From Bacteroidaceae bacterium (GTDB lineage: Bacteria; Bacteroidota; Bacteroidia; Bacteroidales; Barnesiellaceae_A), in contig JAFUOV010000009.1 of NCBI GenBank assembly GCA_017481745.1, forward strand, positions 130,823-194,822: DNA of 64,000 nt, read 5' to 3'. The notes below the pieces were generated by a model. The model searched no databases. It was not told the DNA's origin and was given only the letters and a program-made list of their open reading frames with translations. This document shows, one piece after another, positions 1 to 9,781 of the stretch (positions within the stretch are counted from its first letter, which is position 1; each line of letters begins with the position of its first letter). A program made the translations under genes and the position numbers.

Positions 1-288
1 TGCCGAGATAATCGTTACACTGATAAGCGAATTGGCATACACACGCATCGGCTCTTGCTCATCCTTGCGGTTGGCAAAGCGGAAGTAGGTCGTCTCCATG
101 CCGAAGGTCAGCAGCGCAAGCAACAATGCTGTCCAGCCATACAAGTTGGTTACTATGCCATACTCGCCCGGCGTTGCCAATACACGCACATACATAGGTA
201 CAAGCAGCCAATTCAGGAAACGTCCCACTATGCTGCTCAAACCATACACGACGGTATCTTTTGCCAATCCTTTCAGTCCCTTGCTCAT
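1..288 (-). CDS. MOP/Wzx-type polysaccharide flippase, N-terminal fragment (gene continues beyond left edge)
   Basis: Hand translation of the minus strand from ATG 288-286 gives [27 protein letters not shown]... and stays open and hydrophobic to position 1. This N-terminus is typical of Bacteroidota polysaccharide flippases. It is absent from the ORF track because it is open at the edge. Confidence 0.55.
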   Translation of the reverse strand, partial: MSKGLKGLAKDTVVYGLSSIVGRFLNWLLVPMYVRVLATPGEYGIVTNLYGWTALLLALLTFGMETTYFRFANRKDEQEPMRVYANSLISVTIISA

Positions 289-1319
289 GCCTCTTCTCCA
301 AACAAGCCGCCCCAGCCAACTCGGGTTCTGCCCAAGTGCGTATAGGCAAGGTCGGTTACTTCACGACCACGTGGCGTACGTTTGATAAAACCCTCTTGTA
401 TCAAGAATGGCTCATACACCTCCTCAAGCGTGCCAGCATCTTCGCCCAATGCTGTTGCAATGGTTGTCAAGCCCACAGGACCGCCCTTAAACTTGTCTAT
501 TATCGTGGTCAATATCTTATTATCTATCTCGTCAAGACCATATTTGTCTATGTTCAGAGCCTCAAGCGCATATCGGGCTATCGCAACATCTATATCGCCG
601 TTGCCCTTCACTTGCGCAAAGTCGCGCACGCGGCGCAACAACGCATTGCATATACGTGGCGTACCACGGCTACGCATCGCTACCTCTACGGCTGCCTCAT
701 GTGTGCAAGGCACTTGCAGCAGACGAGCCGAGCGCTCAACAATACGACACAACACCTTGTGGTCGTAATACTCCATGTGGCAGTTGATGCCAAATCGAGC
801 ACGCAACGGGCTGGTTAACAAGCCGCTGCGTGTAGTTGCTCCCACAAGTGTGAAGGGGTTAAGTGTAAGCTGTATCGAGCGCGCTCCGGGACCCTTATCT
901 ATCATAATGTCTATGCGATAATCCTCCATGGCAGAGTACAGATACTCCTCCACGATAGGGCTCAAGCGGTGTATCTCGTCGATAAACAGCACATCATTAG
1001 GTTCGAGCGATGTGAGCAGACCCGCCAAGTCGCCCGGTTTGTCGAGCACAGGACCCGATGTTACCTTAAAGCCCACTCCAAGCTCATTCGCTATGATATT
1101 GGCAAGGGTAGTCTTGCCCAAGCCCGGAGGTCCGTGCAGCAGCACGTGGTCGAGTGGCTCTTTACGCATGCGCGCAGCCATCGTAAAGACACGTAGATTT
1201 TCTACAATCTTATCTTGTCCGCTGAAGTCATCAAACGACAACGGGCGTAGAGCCTTTTCAAACTCCCGCTCACTATCGCCATAACGACCTGCGCGTATGT
1301 CAAAACTATCCTCTGTCAT
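285..1319 (-). CDS. ruvB: Holliday junction branch-migration helicase RuvB
   Basis: 344 aa with Walker [12 protein letters not shown] and Walker [10 protein letters not shown]. Full-length RuvB-like layout, ATG start verified. Confidence 0.97.
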   Translation of the reverse strand: MTEDSFDIRAGRYGDSEREFEKALRPLSFDDFSGQDKIVENLRVFTMAARMRKEPLDHVLLHGPPGLGKTTLANIIANELGVGFKVTSGPVLDKPGDLAGLLTSLEPNDVLFIDEIHRLSPIVEEYLYSAMEDYRIDIMIDKGPGARSIQLTLNPFTLVGATTRSGLLTSPLRARFGINCHMEYYDHKVLCRIVERSARLLQVPCTHEAAVEVAMRSRGTPRICNALLRRVRDFAQVKGNGDIDVAIARYALEALNIDKYGLDEIDNKILTTIIDKFKGGPVGLTTIATALGEDAGTLEEVYEPFLIQEGFIKRTPRGREVTDLAYTHLGRTRVGWGGLFGEEA

Positions 1320-1365
1320 ATCTTTTTCATACTATCCGGTGCAACATTCACTTGGCTTTCATTCG

Positions 1366-1373
1366 CAAAAATA
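1366..1373 (-). promoter_or_regulatory. Bacteroidota-type -7 promoter box (TATTTTTG) upstream of ruvB
   Basis: The reverse complement of caaaaata matches TAnnTTTG about 45 nt upstream of the ruvB ATG. The motif also occurs by chance, so this rests on position only. Confidence 0.4.
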
Positions 1374-1425
1374 GGTTTTTTCTTACATATTCACAACTTT
1401 CAGCATCCTATTATCATACCCCACG

Positions 1426-2406
1426 CTACTCGTTATGCTTGCGAAAATAGTGTCGCATGAATATAACATATACAATGCATAACACCGTAAGTGCTATTAT
1501 AAAGTAATAATAATCCCACGATGCCGGTATAAGCAATAATCCTATACCTATCAATGCTTGCAATGTAGCATACAGCATACTCACGTATATATGTTTTATG
1601 CCCAATTCATTTGCCATAATTTGGTAAAGATGCATGCGATGTGCTTGGGTAATATTCTTGTGTAGCAATATGCGATGTATTATGGTCAATATACTATCTA
1701 CACCATATACAAGCAGCAGTGTTATGTAGGCATAATTACCCGTTTGCAAGATAAGCCGTCCTACAAAAAATACTATTATAAATGCTATTGAAATAGCCCC
1801 TACGTCGCCGGCAAAACAGCGTGGACTATTGCGGAAGTTATAAAATGAGAAGACCAGAACAGATAGTGTGGTACTATGCAACAATCCTGCATCGACAAAT
1901 GGCGTTGATAAAACATATTGGTTGATGTAAGTGAGTAGTAAAAGGACAATTGTGCTGTATCCGGCTGTCATACCATTCACGCCATCCATAAAGTTGTATG
2001 CGTTTATTGTACCTATTGCCACAATGGTAACCGCTAATACATACCACCATGGAGTTTCTCCAATAATTCCCCATTGAAACAGCAACATTATGATGGATGC
2101 AAAGTGTATGATAAGTCTTTTTGATATACTTACTTCACGCACATCGTCGATAAAACTTATCACTCCTATAAGTGTTAACCCTGCAAAGAATAATCCATAA
2201 CTTTGCCACAATGTTGCGTGTGTCGATAGGTAAACCAACATCGACACCCATGTGATAATGCCTCCTCCAATGATGGTGGGTTTATTATGTGAACTGCGTT
2301 CTATGGGACAGCCTACAATACCACATCTCTCTGCTATGAGGATGTATAGCTCCTCAACAACAAACAGTATAAGTATCAATATCGGATAAAATACATTTGC
2401 ATCCAT
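1426..2406 (-). CDS. Polyprenyl-phosphate sugar-1-phosphate transferase, MraY/WecA (GT4) family
   Basis: 326 aa polytopic membrane protein. The NAYNFMDGVNG and FIDDVREV motifs are characteristic of WecA/MraY-type initiating transferases. Confidence 0.8.
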   Translation of the reverse strand: MDANVFYPILILILFVVEELYILIAERCGIVGCPIERSSHNKPTIIGGGIITWVSMLVYLSTHATLWQSYGLFFAGLTLIGVISFIDDVREVSISKRLIIHFASIIMLLFQWGIIGETPWWYVLAVTIVAIGTINAYNFMDGVNGMTAGYSTIVLLLLTYINQYVLSTPFVDAGLLHSTTLSVLVFSFYNFRNSPRCFAGDVGAISIAFIIVFFVGRLILQTGNYAYITLLLVYGVDSILTIIHRILLHKNITQAHRMHLYQIMANELGIKHIYVSMLYATLQALIGIGLLLIPASWDYYYFIIALTVLCIVYVIFMRHYFRKHNE

Positions 2407-2408
2407 GG

Positions 2409-3038
2409 TTATCTGAAAGGTGTTATTGTTTCGTTACTACACATGTATGCCTCATGTGCATAGCGTAGCATCGGGTGGTCGCCGCTGCTATTGCCATAGG
2501 CTACGATATGGTATTTATCTCGCGGAAAAATTGCCGATATTCGGCGTACTTTCTCCTCTCCGGTGCAATTATTCCCTGCAAAATTCCCCGTATATAGCCT
2601 GCCCTGAATTTCTAATTGGGTGGCTATAACATCATTCACGCCGTAACGTCGAGCCCATGGTGCAACCCACACATCGACACTCGCACTCACTATTGCTACT
2701 CGATGTCCTTCAGTCAAATGCTTTTTCATAACATTCACAATAGCCCCCGATTTTACCTCTTCTATCTTCTCGGCAAACTGCTCCGACTCGTGTGCTACTT
2801 GCTCGGGCGTTTTACCGGCAAAGCAGCGTTTCAGCAGTCGTTCCTTGGTACTTGCTGCATCAATACCCCACACCGATTTCCATCCTGCGCAGGCAAGTAT
2901 GGTCATAGCGGGCAAGTTCGATATCAATGCACACAGCAAGCCGGTCGCTCCCGTTGCGTGGCGAATATACAGCGGCAACGTGTCGCGGCGTGTCAGCGTG
3001 CCATCCAAGTCAAACAATGCTACTACTTCCTTATCCAT
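2409..3038 (-). CDS. HAD-IB family hydrolase/phosphatase
   Basis: 209 aa with HAD motif I FDLDGTLT, motif II VSAS and motif III GNSSGDHPML. Its start overlaps the upstream stop by 8 nt. Confidence 0.75.
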   Translation of the reverse strand: MDKEVVALFDLDGTLTRRDTLPLYIRHATGATGLLCALISNLPAMTILACAGWKSVWGIDAASTKERLLKRCFAGKTPEQVAHESEQFAEKIEEVKSGAIVNVMKKHLTEGHRVAIVSASVDVWVAPWARRYGVNDVIATQLEIQGRLYTGNFAGNNCTGEEKVRRISAIFPRDKYHIVAYGNSSGDHPMLRYAHEAYMCSNETITPFR

Positions 3039-3900
3039 AAATTATAATGCCAAACAACACAAGCCAGCCCACTATGCAACATTGCATAAATGGGTCGCGT
3101 GCTATAATGAGGGTAGGGCTCCACGACTTCTCTTCTACAAGTGTCAGTTGCAGATACCGCAAGATACCGGCAAGTACAAATATTGCCGTTGAGTACACAT
3201 AGTTACAATCAAATTGTTGCACAATGGCATCATCCACCGTATACAATATGTAGCACACCATTGTTACAGCCGCAACAAGTACAAGGGTACTATCAAGAAA
3301 CATCTTGTTATATGCCTTCACGTTACGACGTGTTGTCGTCTTGCTTTCTTCATAGTTCTGCACATCATCGCGGCGCTTTGCCACAACAAGAAACAATGCC
3401 AGCAAGAAGGTCATGATAATAATCCAATGCGACGGTTGCACATCTACGGCTACTGCTCCGGCTATTATGCGCAGAACAAACCCCGATGCTACTATCATCA
3501 CGTCAAGGATAGATATGTGCTTGAGCCACAGCGAGTATGCATGGCTCAGTAGCAAGTATATACCTATTACTATGAGAATTTCGACATTAGCGATGATGCA
3601 CCATGCAATAGCTACTGCCGACACCATGGTGATGCCATACATAATCCATCCCGCACCTACCGACACTCTGCCCGATGCAATAGGGCGATGACATTTCTGT
3701 GGATGACAGCGGTCATACTCCACATCCATGATGTCGTTGAGTATATAGACACTGCTACTTGCCAGGCACATCGCTACAAACGCTGCGCAGCACACACACA
3801 GACTCGGCAGGTCGGTAATGCTTTGCGCAAAAAACAATGGCAGGAATACAAACAAATTCTTGCTCCATTGGGTAGGTCTTAGCAGTTTTATATACTCCAT
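3031..3900 (-). CDS. UbiA-superfamily prenyl-phosphate phosphoribosyltransferase (decaprenyl-phosphate 5-phosphoribosyltransferase-like)
   Basis: 289 aa with about 8-9 TM segments. The N-terminal LRPTQWSKNLFVFLPLFF and Asp-rich NDIMDVEYD resemble the DPPRS (Rv3806c-type) branch of UbiA enzymes. Confidence 0.7.
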   Translation of the reverse strand: MEYIKLLRPTQWSKNLFVFLPLFFAQSITDLPSLCVCCAAFVAMCLASSSVYILNDIMDVEYDRCHPQKCHRPIASGRVSVGAGWIMYGITMVSAVAIAWCIIANVEILIVIGIYLLLSHAYSLWLKHISILDVMIVASGFVLRIIAGAVAVDVQPSHWIIIMTFLLALFLVVAKRRDDVQNYEESKTTTRRNVKAYNKMFLDSTLVLVAAVTMVCYILYTVDDAIVQQFDCNYVYSTAIFVLAGILRYLQLTLVEEKSWSPTLIIARDPFMQCCIVGWLVLFGIIIYG

Positions 3901-3927
3901 CTCTCTCTTCCTCTGTTTTTTATTGCT

Positions 3928-5010
3928 CTATTTCTCGCCAAGCAAGTACCAGGCATACATTCGTTCCACGCCCTCTTCTATCTCTATGGTGTGGTGCCAG
4001 CCAAGGCGGTGCAACTTCGACACATCGGTCAGTTTGCGCATCGTGCCGTCGGGTTTGCTGGCATCGAAGTACAACTCTCCCTCATATCCCACACACTTCA
4101 CTATCAGGTTGGCAACATCTTTTATCGAGATTTCTTTTCCGGTACCTATGTTGATGTGGCAGTTGCGCACCTCACGTTCGCCGGCGCGATATGTGTCTTT
4201 AAAGTCTACATTCTCAAGTATATACACCGATGCATCTGCCATCTCCTCACTCCACAGAAACTCTCTTACAGGAGTACCTGTTCCCCATAGCGTTACGCGG
4301 GTAGGGGTGATGCCGTAGCGCTCGAGTGTACGCAATATTTCATCCTCTCCGGCACTGCCGTCTACGCCTTCTACGGGTCTGATGTTCAAGTCTTTGCGTA
4401 CGGCTTCCCAATTACCATCCATCAGCTGCTTGCCAAGGTGTATCTTGCGTATCATCGCGGGCAATACGTGGCTGTTCTCAAGGTGGAAGTTGTCGCGTGG
4501 TCCATACAAGTTGGTAGGCATCACTGCAATATAGTTTGTGCCGTACTGTAAGTTGAAGCTCTCGCACATCTTCAAGCCGGCTATCTTGGCTATAGCGTAT
4601 GGCTCGTTGGTATATTCAAGAGGCGATGTCAACAGCACATCCTCGCTCATGGGTTGAGGCGCTTCGCGCGGATAGATGCAAGTACTACCCAAGAACAGTA
4701 GTTTCTTTACATTGTGGCGAAAACTCTCACCTATCACGTTCTGCTGTATCTGCAAGTTTTCGTATATAAAGTCGGCTCGATAGGTATTATTGGCAACAAT
4801 ACCGCCTACGTGAGCCGCAGCAAGAATTACATATTCGGGGCGCTCGGCATCAAAGAAGTTGCGTACTGCCACACCATCGAGCAGATCCAACTCGCCATGT
4901 GTGCGACCCACAAGATTGGTATAACCCTTGCTCTCAAGATTTCGCCATATTGCCGAGCCCACAAGTCCGCGGTGTCCGGCTACATATATCTTGGCACTCT
5001 TTTCTATCAT
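3928..5010 (-). CDS. fcl: GDP-L-fucose synthase
   Basis: 360 aa with SDR-type N-terminus VAGHRGLVGSA. Colinear with Fcl/WcaG and lies 3 nt downstream of gmd. Confidence 0.9.
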   Translation of the reverse strand: MIEKSAKIYVAGHRGLVGSAIWRNLESKGYTNLVGRTHGELDLLDGVAVRNFFDAERPEYVILAAAHVGGIVANNTYRADFIYENLQIQQNVIGESFRHNVKKLLFLGSTCIYPREAPQPMSEDVLLTSPLEYTNEPYAIAKIAGLKMCESFNLQYGTNYIAVMPTNLYGPRDNFHLENSHVLPAMIRKIHLGKQLMDGNWEAVRKDLNIRPVEGVDGSAGEDEILRTLERYGITPTRVTLWGTGTPVREFLWSEEMADASVYILENVDFKDTYRAGEREVRNCHINIGTGKEISIKDVANLIVKCVGYEGELYFDASKPDGTMRKLTDVSKLHRLGWHHTIEIEEGVERMYAWYLLGEK

Positions 5011-5013
5011 AGC

Positions 5014-6087
5014 CTACTCTTTGTGGTGTAACTTTTTTACAAACTTCATGTCGTGCTCGACCATGATGCGCACCAACTCGGCAAACGAGGTCTTGCAAGG
5101 ATTCCATCCAAGCAATGTCTTAGCTTTCGTAGGGTCGCCCAGCAATTGGTCTACCTCGGCAGGTCGGAAGAATTTGGGGTCTACCTCCACCAATACTCTG
5201 CCGGTAGCCACGTCAATACCCTTTTCATCCACACCTTCGCCTTCCCAGCGCAGTTCTATTCCTACGCCTTTAAACGCCAATGTGCAGAACTCACGTACCG
5301 TATGATACTCGCCTGTTGCTATCACAAAGTCCTCCGGGGTATCGTGTTGCAACATCAGCCACATACACTCTACATAGTCGCGTGCATAGCCCCAATCGCG
5401 CAGTGAGTTGAGGTTGCCCAAGTAGAGCTTGTCCTGATAACCTTGCGCTATACGGGCTGCTGCAAGAGTGATTTTGCGTGTTACAAAGTTCTCACCGCGA
5501 CGCTCACTCTCATGGTTAAAGAGTATACCGTTTACGGCAAACATACCGTAAGCCTCACGATAGTTCTTCGTAATCCAAAAACCATATTGCTTGGCTACAC
5601 CATAAGGCGAGCGGGGGTAGAAAGGTGTGCTCTCTTTCTGTGGCACTTCTTGTACCTTACCAAACAATTCGCTGGTCGATGCTTGGTACAGACGGCACTT
5701 CTTCTCAAGACCCAGTATGCGCACAGCCTCAAGCAGTCGCAATGTTCCCACTGCATCAACCTCGGCTGTATATTCGGGCACGTCGAAGCTCACCTTTACA
5801 TGGCTTTGTGCTGCAAGATTATATATCTCGTCGGGTTGTATTTGTTGTATGATGCGTATCAGCGACGACGAGTCGGTCATATCGCCATAGTGTAGGTTCA
5901 CAAGGCGGTCTTTCTTCATGTCGCGCACCCACTCGTCAAGGTAGAGGTGCTCTATACGACCGGTGTTGAACGACGAACTGCGACGTAGCAAGCCATGCAC
6001 TTCATAGCCTTTTTCCAATAAAAACTCTGCCAAAAATGAGCCATCCTGACCCGTTATGCCTGTTATTAATGCTTTCTTCATATACAT
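5014..6087 (-). CDS. gmd: GDP-mannose 4,6-dehydratase
   Basis: 357 aa with [27 protein letters not shown], the classical Gmd N-terminus. The start could be the second ATG at 6081. Confidence 0.95.
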   Translation of the reverse strand: MYMKKALITGITGQDGSFLAEFLLEKGYEVHGLLRRSSSFNTGRIEHLYLDEWVRDMKKDRLVNLHYGDMTDSSSLIRIIQQIQPDEIYNLAAQSHVKVSFDVPEYTAEVDAVGTLRLLEAVRILGLEKKCRLYQASTSELFGKVQEVPQKESTPFYPRSPYGVAKQYGFWITKNYREAYGMFAVNGILFNHESERRGENFVTRKITLAAARIAQGYQDKLYLGNLNSLRDWGYARDYVECMWLMLQHDTPEDFVIATGEYHTVREFCTLAFKGVGIELRWEGEGVDEKGIDVATGRVLVEVDPKFFRPAEVDQLLGDPTKAKTLLGWNPCKTSFAELVRIMVEHDMKFVKKLHHKE

Positions 6088-6157
6088 TATTTTTTTGTGC
6101 GAATTTTCAATGCCGACTCTCTATCTCGTCGGCATCATTCACTATCACTTGGTTATA

Positions 6158-7207
6158 TCACTCTGCCGAAAAATCTTTGATACGTTGTTCTTCATCAAGA
6201 CGGCATATCAGCATGGTGTTATCTTTCTCGGCAACAATATATCCGTCAAGACCTTGCACCACTACGCGACGATTTTCGGGTGCATGCACTATGCAATTAC
6301 TGCTATTAAACATGCGCACATTGCCTACTGTGGCATTGCCATTCTCGTCGTGCGATAGGTGGGTGTGCAACGAGCCCCATGTTCCCAAGTCGCTCCAGCC
6401 AAAATCTGCCGGATGAACATAGATGTTGGGCGACTTCTCCATCACTGCATAGTCGATAGAGATATTGGGACAAGTGGGGAAGTACTCATTGATTGCTGCC
6501 TTCTCCTCTGCACCATATAGGCTGGGGGTCAACTTGTCAAATATCTCTGCAAGCTCGGGTTGGTAGGCTCTTATTGAATTGACTACCGTATTGACATTCC
6601 ACACAAAGATGCCCGCGTTCCACAAGTAGTTACCGGCTGCAAGATACGATTTGGCTACCTCAAGATTGGGTTTCTCCTTAAATTGCTCTACCTTGCATAT
6701 CTCGCTGTTCTCTATCGCTGCGCCTGCTGCTATATAGCCATAGCCTGTCTCTGGGCGGCTGGGGCGTATACCTATTGTTACGATGGCATTGCTATCGGCG
6801 GTAAAGTTGAGCGCTTGTGTCATCACACGACGAAACTCCTCGGTCTCAAGCACAAGTGCATCGCTCGGTGTTACTACGATATTGGCATCTTTATATTGCT
6901 TTTGTATCTTCCATGCCACGTATGCTATACAGGGGGCTGTATTGCGGCGACAAGGCTCGGCAAGAATATTCTCTGCCGGTATCTCGGGCAACTGCTCGCG
7001 CACTATCGACACATACTGCTCCGATGTTACCACCCATACATGCGATGGGTCGCATACGCCGCGAAATCGGTCTACTGTTAGTTGTATAAGTGTTCTTCCG
7101 CAACCCATCACGTCGATAAATTGTTTCGGACACTCGGGGGTACTCATAGGCCAAAATCGGCTGCCTATACCACCCGCCATGATTACTACATGATTATTTG
7201 TACTCAT
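6158..7207 (-). CDS. manC: Mannose-1-phosphate guanylyltransferase
   Basis: The nucleotidyltransferase N-terminus VIMAGGIGSRFWPMS fits this family. The start was moved to ATG 7207, because the track start at 7252 would overlap rfbB. Confidence 0.85.
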   Translation of the reverse strand: MSTNNHVVIMAGGIGSRFWPMSTPECPKQFIDVMGCGRTLIQLTVDRFRGVCDPSHVWVVTSEQYVSIVREQLPEIPAENILAEPCRRNTAPCIAYVAWKIQKQYKDANIVVTPSDALVLETEEFRRVMTQALNFTADSNAIVTIGIRPSRPETGYGYIAAGAAIENSEICKVEQFKEKPNLEVAKSYLAAGNYLWNAGIFVWNVNTVVNSIRAYQPELAEIFDKLTPSLYGAEEKAAINEYFPTCPNISIDYAVMEKSPNIYVHPADFGWSDLGTWGSLHTHLSHDENGNATVGNVRMFNSSNCIVHAPENRRVVVQGLDGYIVAEKDNTMLICRLDEEQRIKDFSAE

Positions 7208-7226
7208 ATTGTGTGCTTTTATATTA

Positions 7227-8288
7227 TTATCTGTTATTATACATCTCGTCATAATAGCGCATATACTCGCCCGAGGTTACTTGCTCCATCCATGCTTCGT
7301 TGTCGAGGTACCAGCGCACTGTGCGCTCTATACCCTCTTCAAATTGCAGCGAAGGCTCCCAGCCAAGTTCCTCTTTCAGTTTGCTTGAGTCTATCGCATA
7401 CCGCAAGTCATGTCCCGGGCGGTCGGTTACGTACTTGATAAGCGACAGCGATGCTCCCTCGGGATTGCCAAGTAAGCGGTCTACCGTTGCAATGATTACC
7501 TTTATCAAGTCGATATTTCGCCATTCGTTGAAGCCGCCTATGTTGTAGGTATCGGCTGTCTTGCCGCGGTGAAATATGATATCTATGGCTCGTGCATGGT
7601 CTTCTACATACAACCAGTCGCGCACATTCTCTCCCTTACCATACACAGGCAGTTGCTTGCCCCGACGTATGTTGTTGATAAACAATGGTATCAGCTTCTC
7701 GGGAAATTGATAAGGTCCGTAGTTGTTCGAGCAGTTGGTGACAATGGTGGGCATGCCGTATGTATCGTGATAGGCACGTACAAAGTGGTCGCTCGAAGCC
7801 TTGCTGGCAGAGTAGGGGCTGTGAGGTGCGTACTTTGTCTCCTCGGTAAAGAATGTTCCGTCAAAGTCGAGTGCTCCGTATACCTCGTCGGTCGATATAT
7901 GGTAGAAGCGTTTGCCTTCATAACCCTCGGGCAGCGACTCCCAGTAGTTGCGTGCTGCCTGCAACAGCGACAATGTGCCCATCACGTTGGTCTGTGCAAA
8001 CGAGAACGGGTCGCGTATAGAGCGGTCTACATGGCTCTCGGCGGCAAGGTGTATGATGCCTTCTATCTTATGCTCTTTCAGGATTTCCAACACTCGCTCA
8101 TAGTCGCATATATCTGCTCGGACAAACGTATAATTGGGCCTCTCCTCTACATCGGCAAGGTTGGCAAGATTGCCGGCATAGGTCAGCTTGTCCATATTCA
8201 CGATGTTATAATCGGGATAGCGGTTGACAAACAATCTAACCACATGGCTCCCAATAAAACCCGCTCCACCTGTAACAAGTATATTCAT
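7227..8288 (-). CDS. rfbB: dTDP-glucose 4,6-dehydratase
   Basis: 353 aa with MNILVTGGAGFIGSH, a YSASK catalytic motif and a full RfbB layout. Confidence 0.95.
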   Translation of the reverse strand: MNILVTGGAGFIGSHVVRLFVNRYPDYNIVNMDKLTYAGNLANLADVEERPNYTFVRADICDYERVLEILKEHKIEGIIHLAAESHVDRSIRDPFSFAQTNVMGTLSLLQAARNYWESLPEGYEGKRFYHISTDEVYGALDFDGTFFTEETKYAPHSPYSASKASSDHFVRAYHDTYGMPTIVTNCSNNYGPYQFPEKLIPLFINNIRRGKQLPVYGKGENVRDWLYVEDHARAIDIIFHRGKTADTYNIGGFNEWRNIDLIKVIIATVDRLLGNPEGASLSLIKYVTDRPGHDLRYAIDSSKLKEELGWEPSLQFEEGIERTVRWYLDNEAWMEQVTSGEYMRYYDEMYNNR

Positions 8289-8321
8289 CGCTTCTGTTTT
8301 ATATTTCTTAATTTCTCATTT

Positions 8322-9182
8322 CTATTTTCTCACCTTCTCAAGGCACTCTTTCAGTGCTTCATACCAGTGTGCTATCTCTATTCCGAAGGTTGCTTTCACC
8401 TTGCTCTTGTCAAGAACCGAGTAGGGTGGGCGTTCTACCTTCGACGGGAACTCGTTGCTATGACAGGGCTGTACGTAGCATTGTTGATGCCCAGCCAGAT
8501 GCGCTATTGCGTGAGCAAAATCGTACCACGAGCACACACCTTCGTTGCTATAATGGTAGACACCCTCTTTGTCAAGTTGGCGACTCTCAATGATATGGCG
8601 TATGCATGCAGCCAAGTGTGCAGCGTATGTAGGTGTACCCACTTGGTCAAACACCACATTCACCGTGCTACGCTCTGCCGTTAGGGTTAGCATTGTCTTC
8701 ATGAAGTTCTTGCCGTATGGGCTATACAACCATGCTGTTCGCAAGATGATATAACGACAACCACTGCTCTTTACAGCCTCCTCTCCGGCAAGTTTGGTCT
8801 TGCCATACACACCGGTTGGGTGGGGCATTTCATCCTCTTGGCAAGGTATATTATGACGAGCTCCACCAAATACATAGTCGGTAGAGATATGTATAAGCAC
8901 CGCATTATGTTCTCGAGCTGCGATAGCAAGATTTTCTACCGCGTGGTGGTTCAACTTCTCGGCAGCAGCCGCATCGTCTTCGGCATGGTCTACATGGGTA
9001 TAGGCGGCGCAATTCACTATGACATCTGCCTTCTCGCGTGCCATCATATCGCGTACTGCCTCGCGGTTGGTAATATCCAACTCCTCAACGTCGGTAAAGA
9101 CGTATTCGTCGCAGCTACCTTGGGTTGCATCTTGCAACGATGTGCCCAACTGTCCTTTTGCACCGGTAACAACTATCTTCAT
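8322..9182 (-). CDS. rfbD: dTDP-4-dehydrorhamnose reductase
   Basis: 286 aa with MKIVVTGAKGQLG and NCAAYTHVD motifs. It sits between rfbB and rfbC. Confidence 0.9.
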   Translation of the reverse strand: MKIVVTGAKGQLGTSLQDATQGSCDEYVFTDVEELDITNREAVRDMMAREKADVIVNCAAYTHVDHAEDDAAAAEKLNHHAVENLAIAAREHNAVLIHISTDYVFGGARHNIPCQEDEMPHPTGVYGKTKLAGEEAVKSSGCRYIILRTAWLYSPYGKNFMKTMLTLTAERSTVNVVFDQVGTPTYAAHLAACIRHIIESRQLDKEGVYHYSNEGVCSWYDFAHAIAHLAGHQQCYVQPCHSNEFPSKVERPPYSVLDKSKVKATFGIEIAHWYEALKECLEKVRK

Positions 9183-9202
9183 AATATCCTGCTGCTATTT
9201 CG

Positions 9203-9772
9203 TTATTTACTCCAATCTATTGCACGTAGCATCTCTTTTACATCGCGCAAGGGCTTGTTCTGCTCATCCTTTGCCGACAGGATTACGTCCTCGGCAGCTA
9301 TCTGCCAGTCAATAGCTATTTCGGTATCATTCCAGACAATAGCTCCCTCATGCTCGGGCGAGTAGAAGTTATCGCATTTATATTGGAATACAGCCTCCTC
9401 GCTCAGTACGGCAAAACCGTGCGCAAAGCCGTGGGGTATGAAAAACTGCAAGTGATTATCCTCGCTCAACTCAACTGCAATGTGTTTGCCAAACGTGGGT
9501 GAGTCGGGGCGTATGTCTACTGCTACATCAAGCACCTTGCCACGCACTACACGCACAAGTTTGGCTTGCGCATAAGGCGGTTTTTGAAAGTGCAATCCTC
9601 GCACAACACCATACACCGACTTCGATTCATTATCTTGTACAAATCGGATGGGAGCTACTTTCTCGTCAAACTCGCGTTGCGAAAACGACTCGAAGAAGTA
9701 TCCTCGCTCATCTCCATAGATGCGCGGCTTTATGATATATGCCCCCTCTATCTCGGTTCTGATTACTTCCAT
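9203..9772 (-). CDS. rfbC: dTDP-4-dehydrorhamnose 3,5-epimerase
   Basis: 189 aa cupin with DERGYFFE and RGLHFQ motifs. Confidence 0.95.
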   Translation of the reverse strand: MEVIRTEIEGAYIIKPRIYGDERGYFFESFSQREFDEKVAPIRFVQDNESKSVYGVVRGLHFQKPPYAQAKLVRVVRGKVLDVAVDIRPDSPTFGKHIAVELSEDNHLQFFIPHGFAHGFAVLSEEAVFQYKCDNFYSPEHEGAIVWNDTEIAIDWQIAAEDVILSAKDEQNKPLRDVKEMLRAIDWSK

Positions 9773-9781
9773 AATTTTCTC

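Noticed and set aside
7569-8684. 371-aa plus-strand ORF; also similar long ORFs at 21168-22136, 46943-47890, 26535-27332 and 13283-14164
   Set aside because: All are antisense to well-supported genes (rfbB/rfbD, porW, pth/rplY, terL and the RND pump). Their composition is low-complexity and rich in Val, Cys and Leu. They are shadow ORFs.
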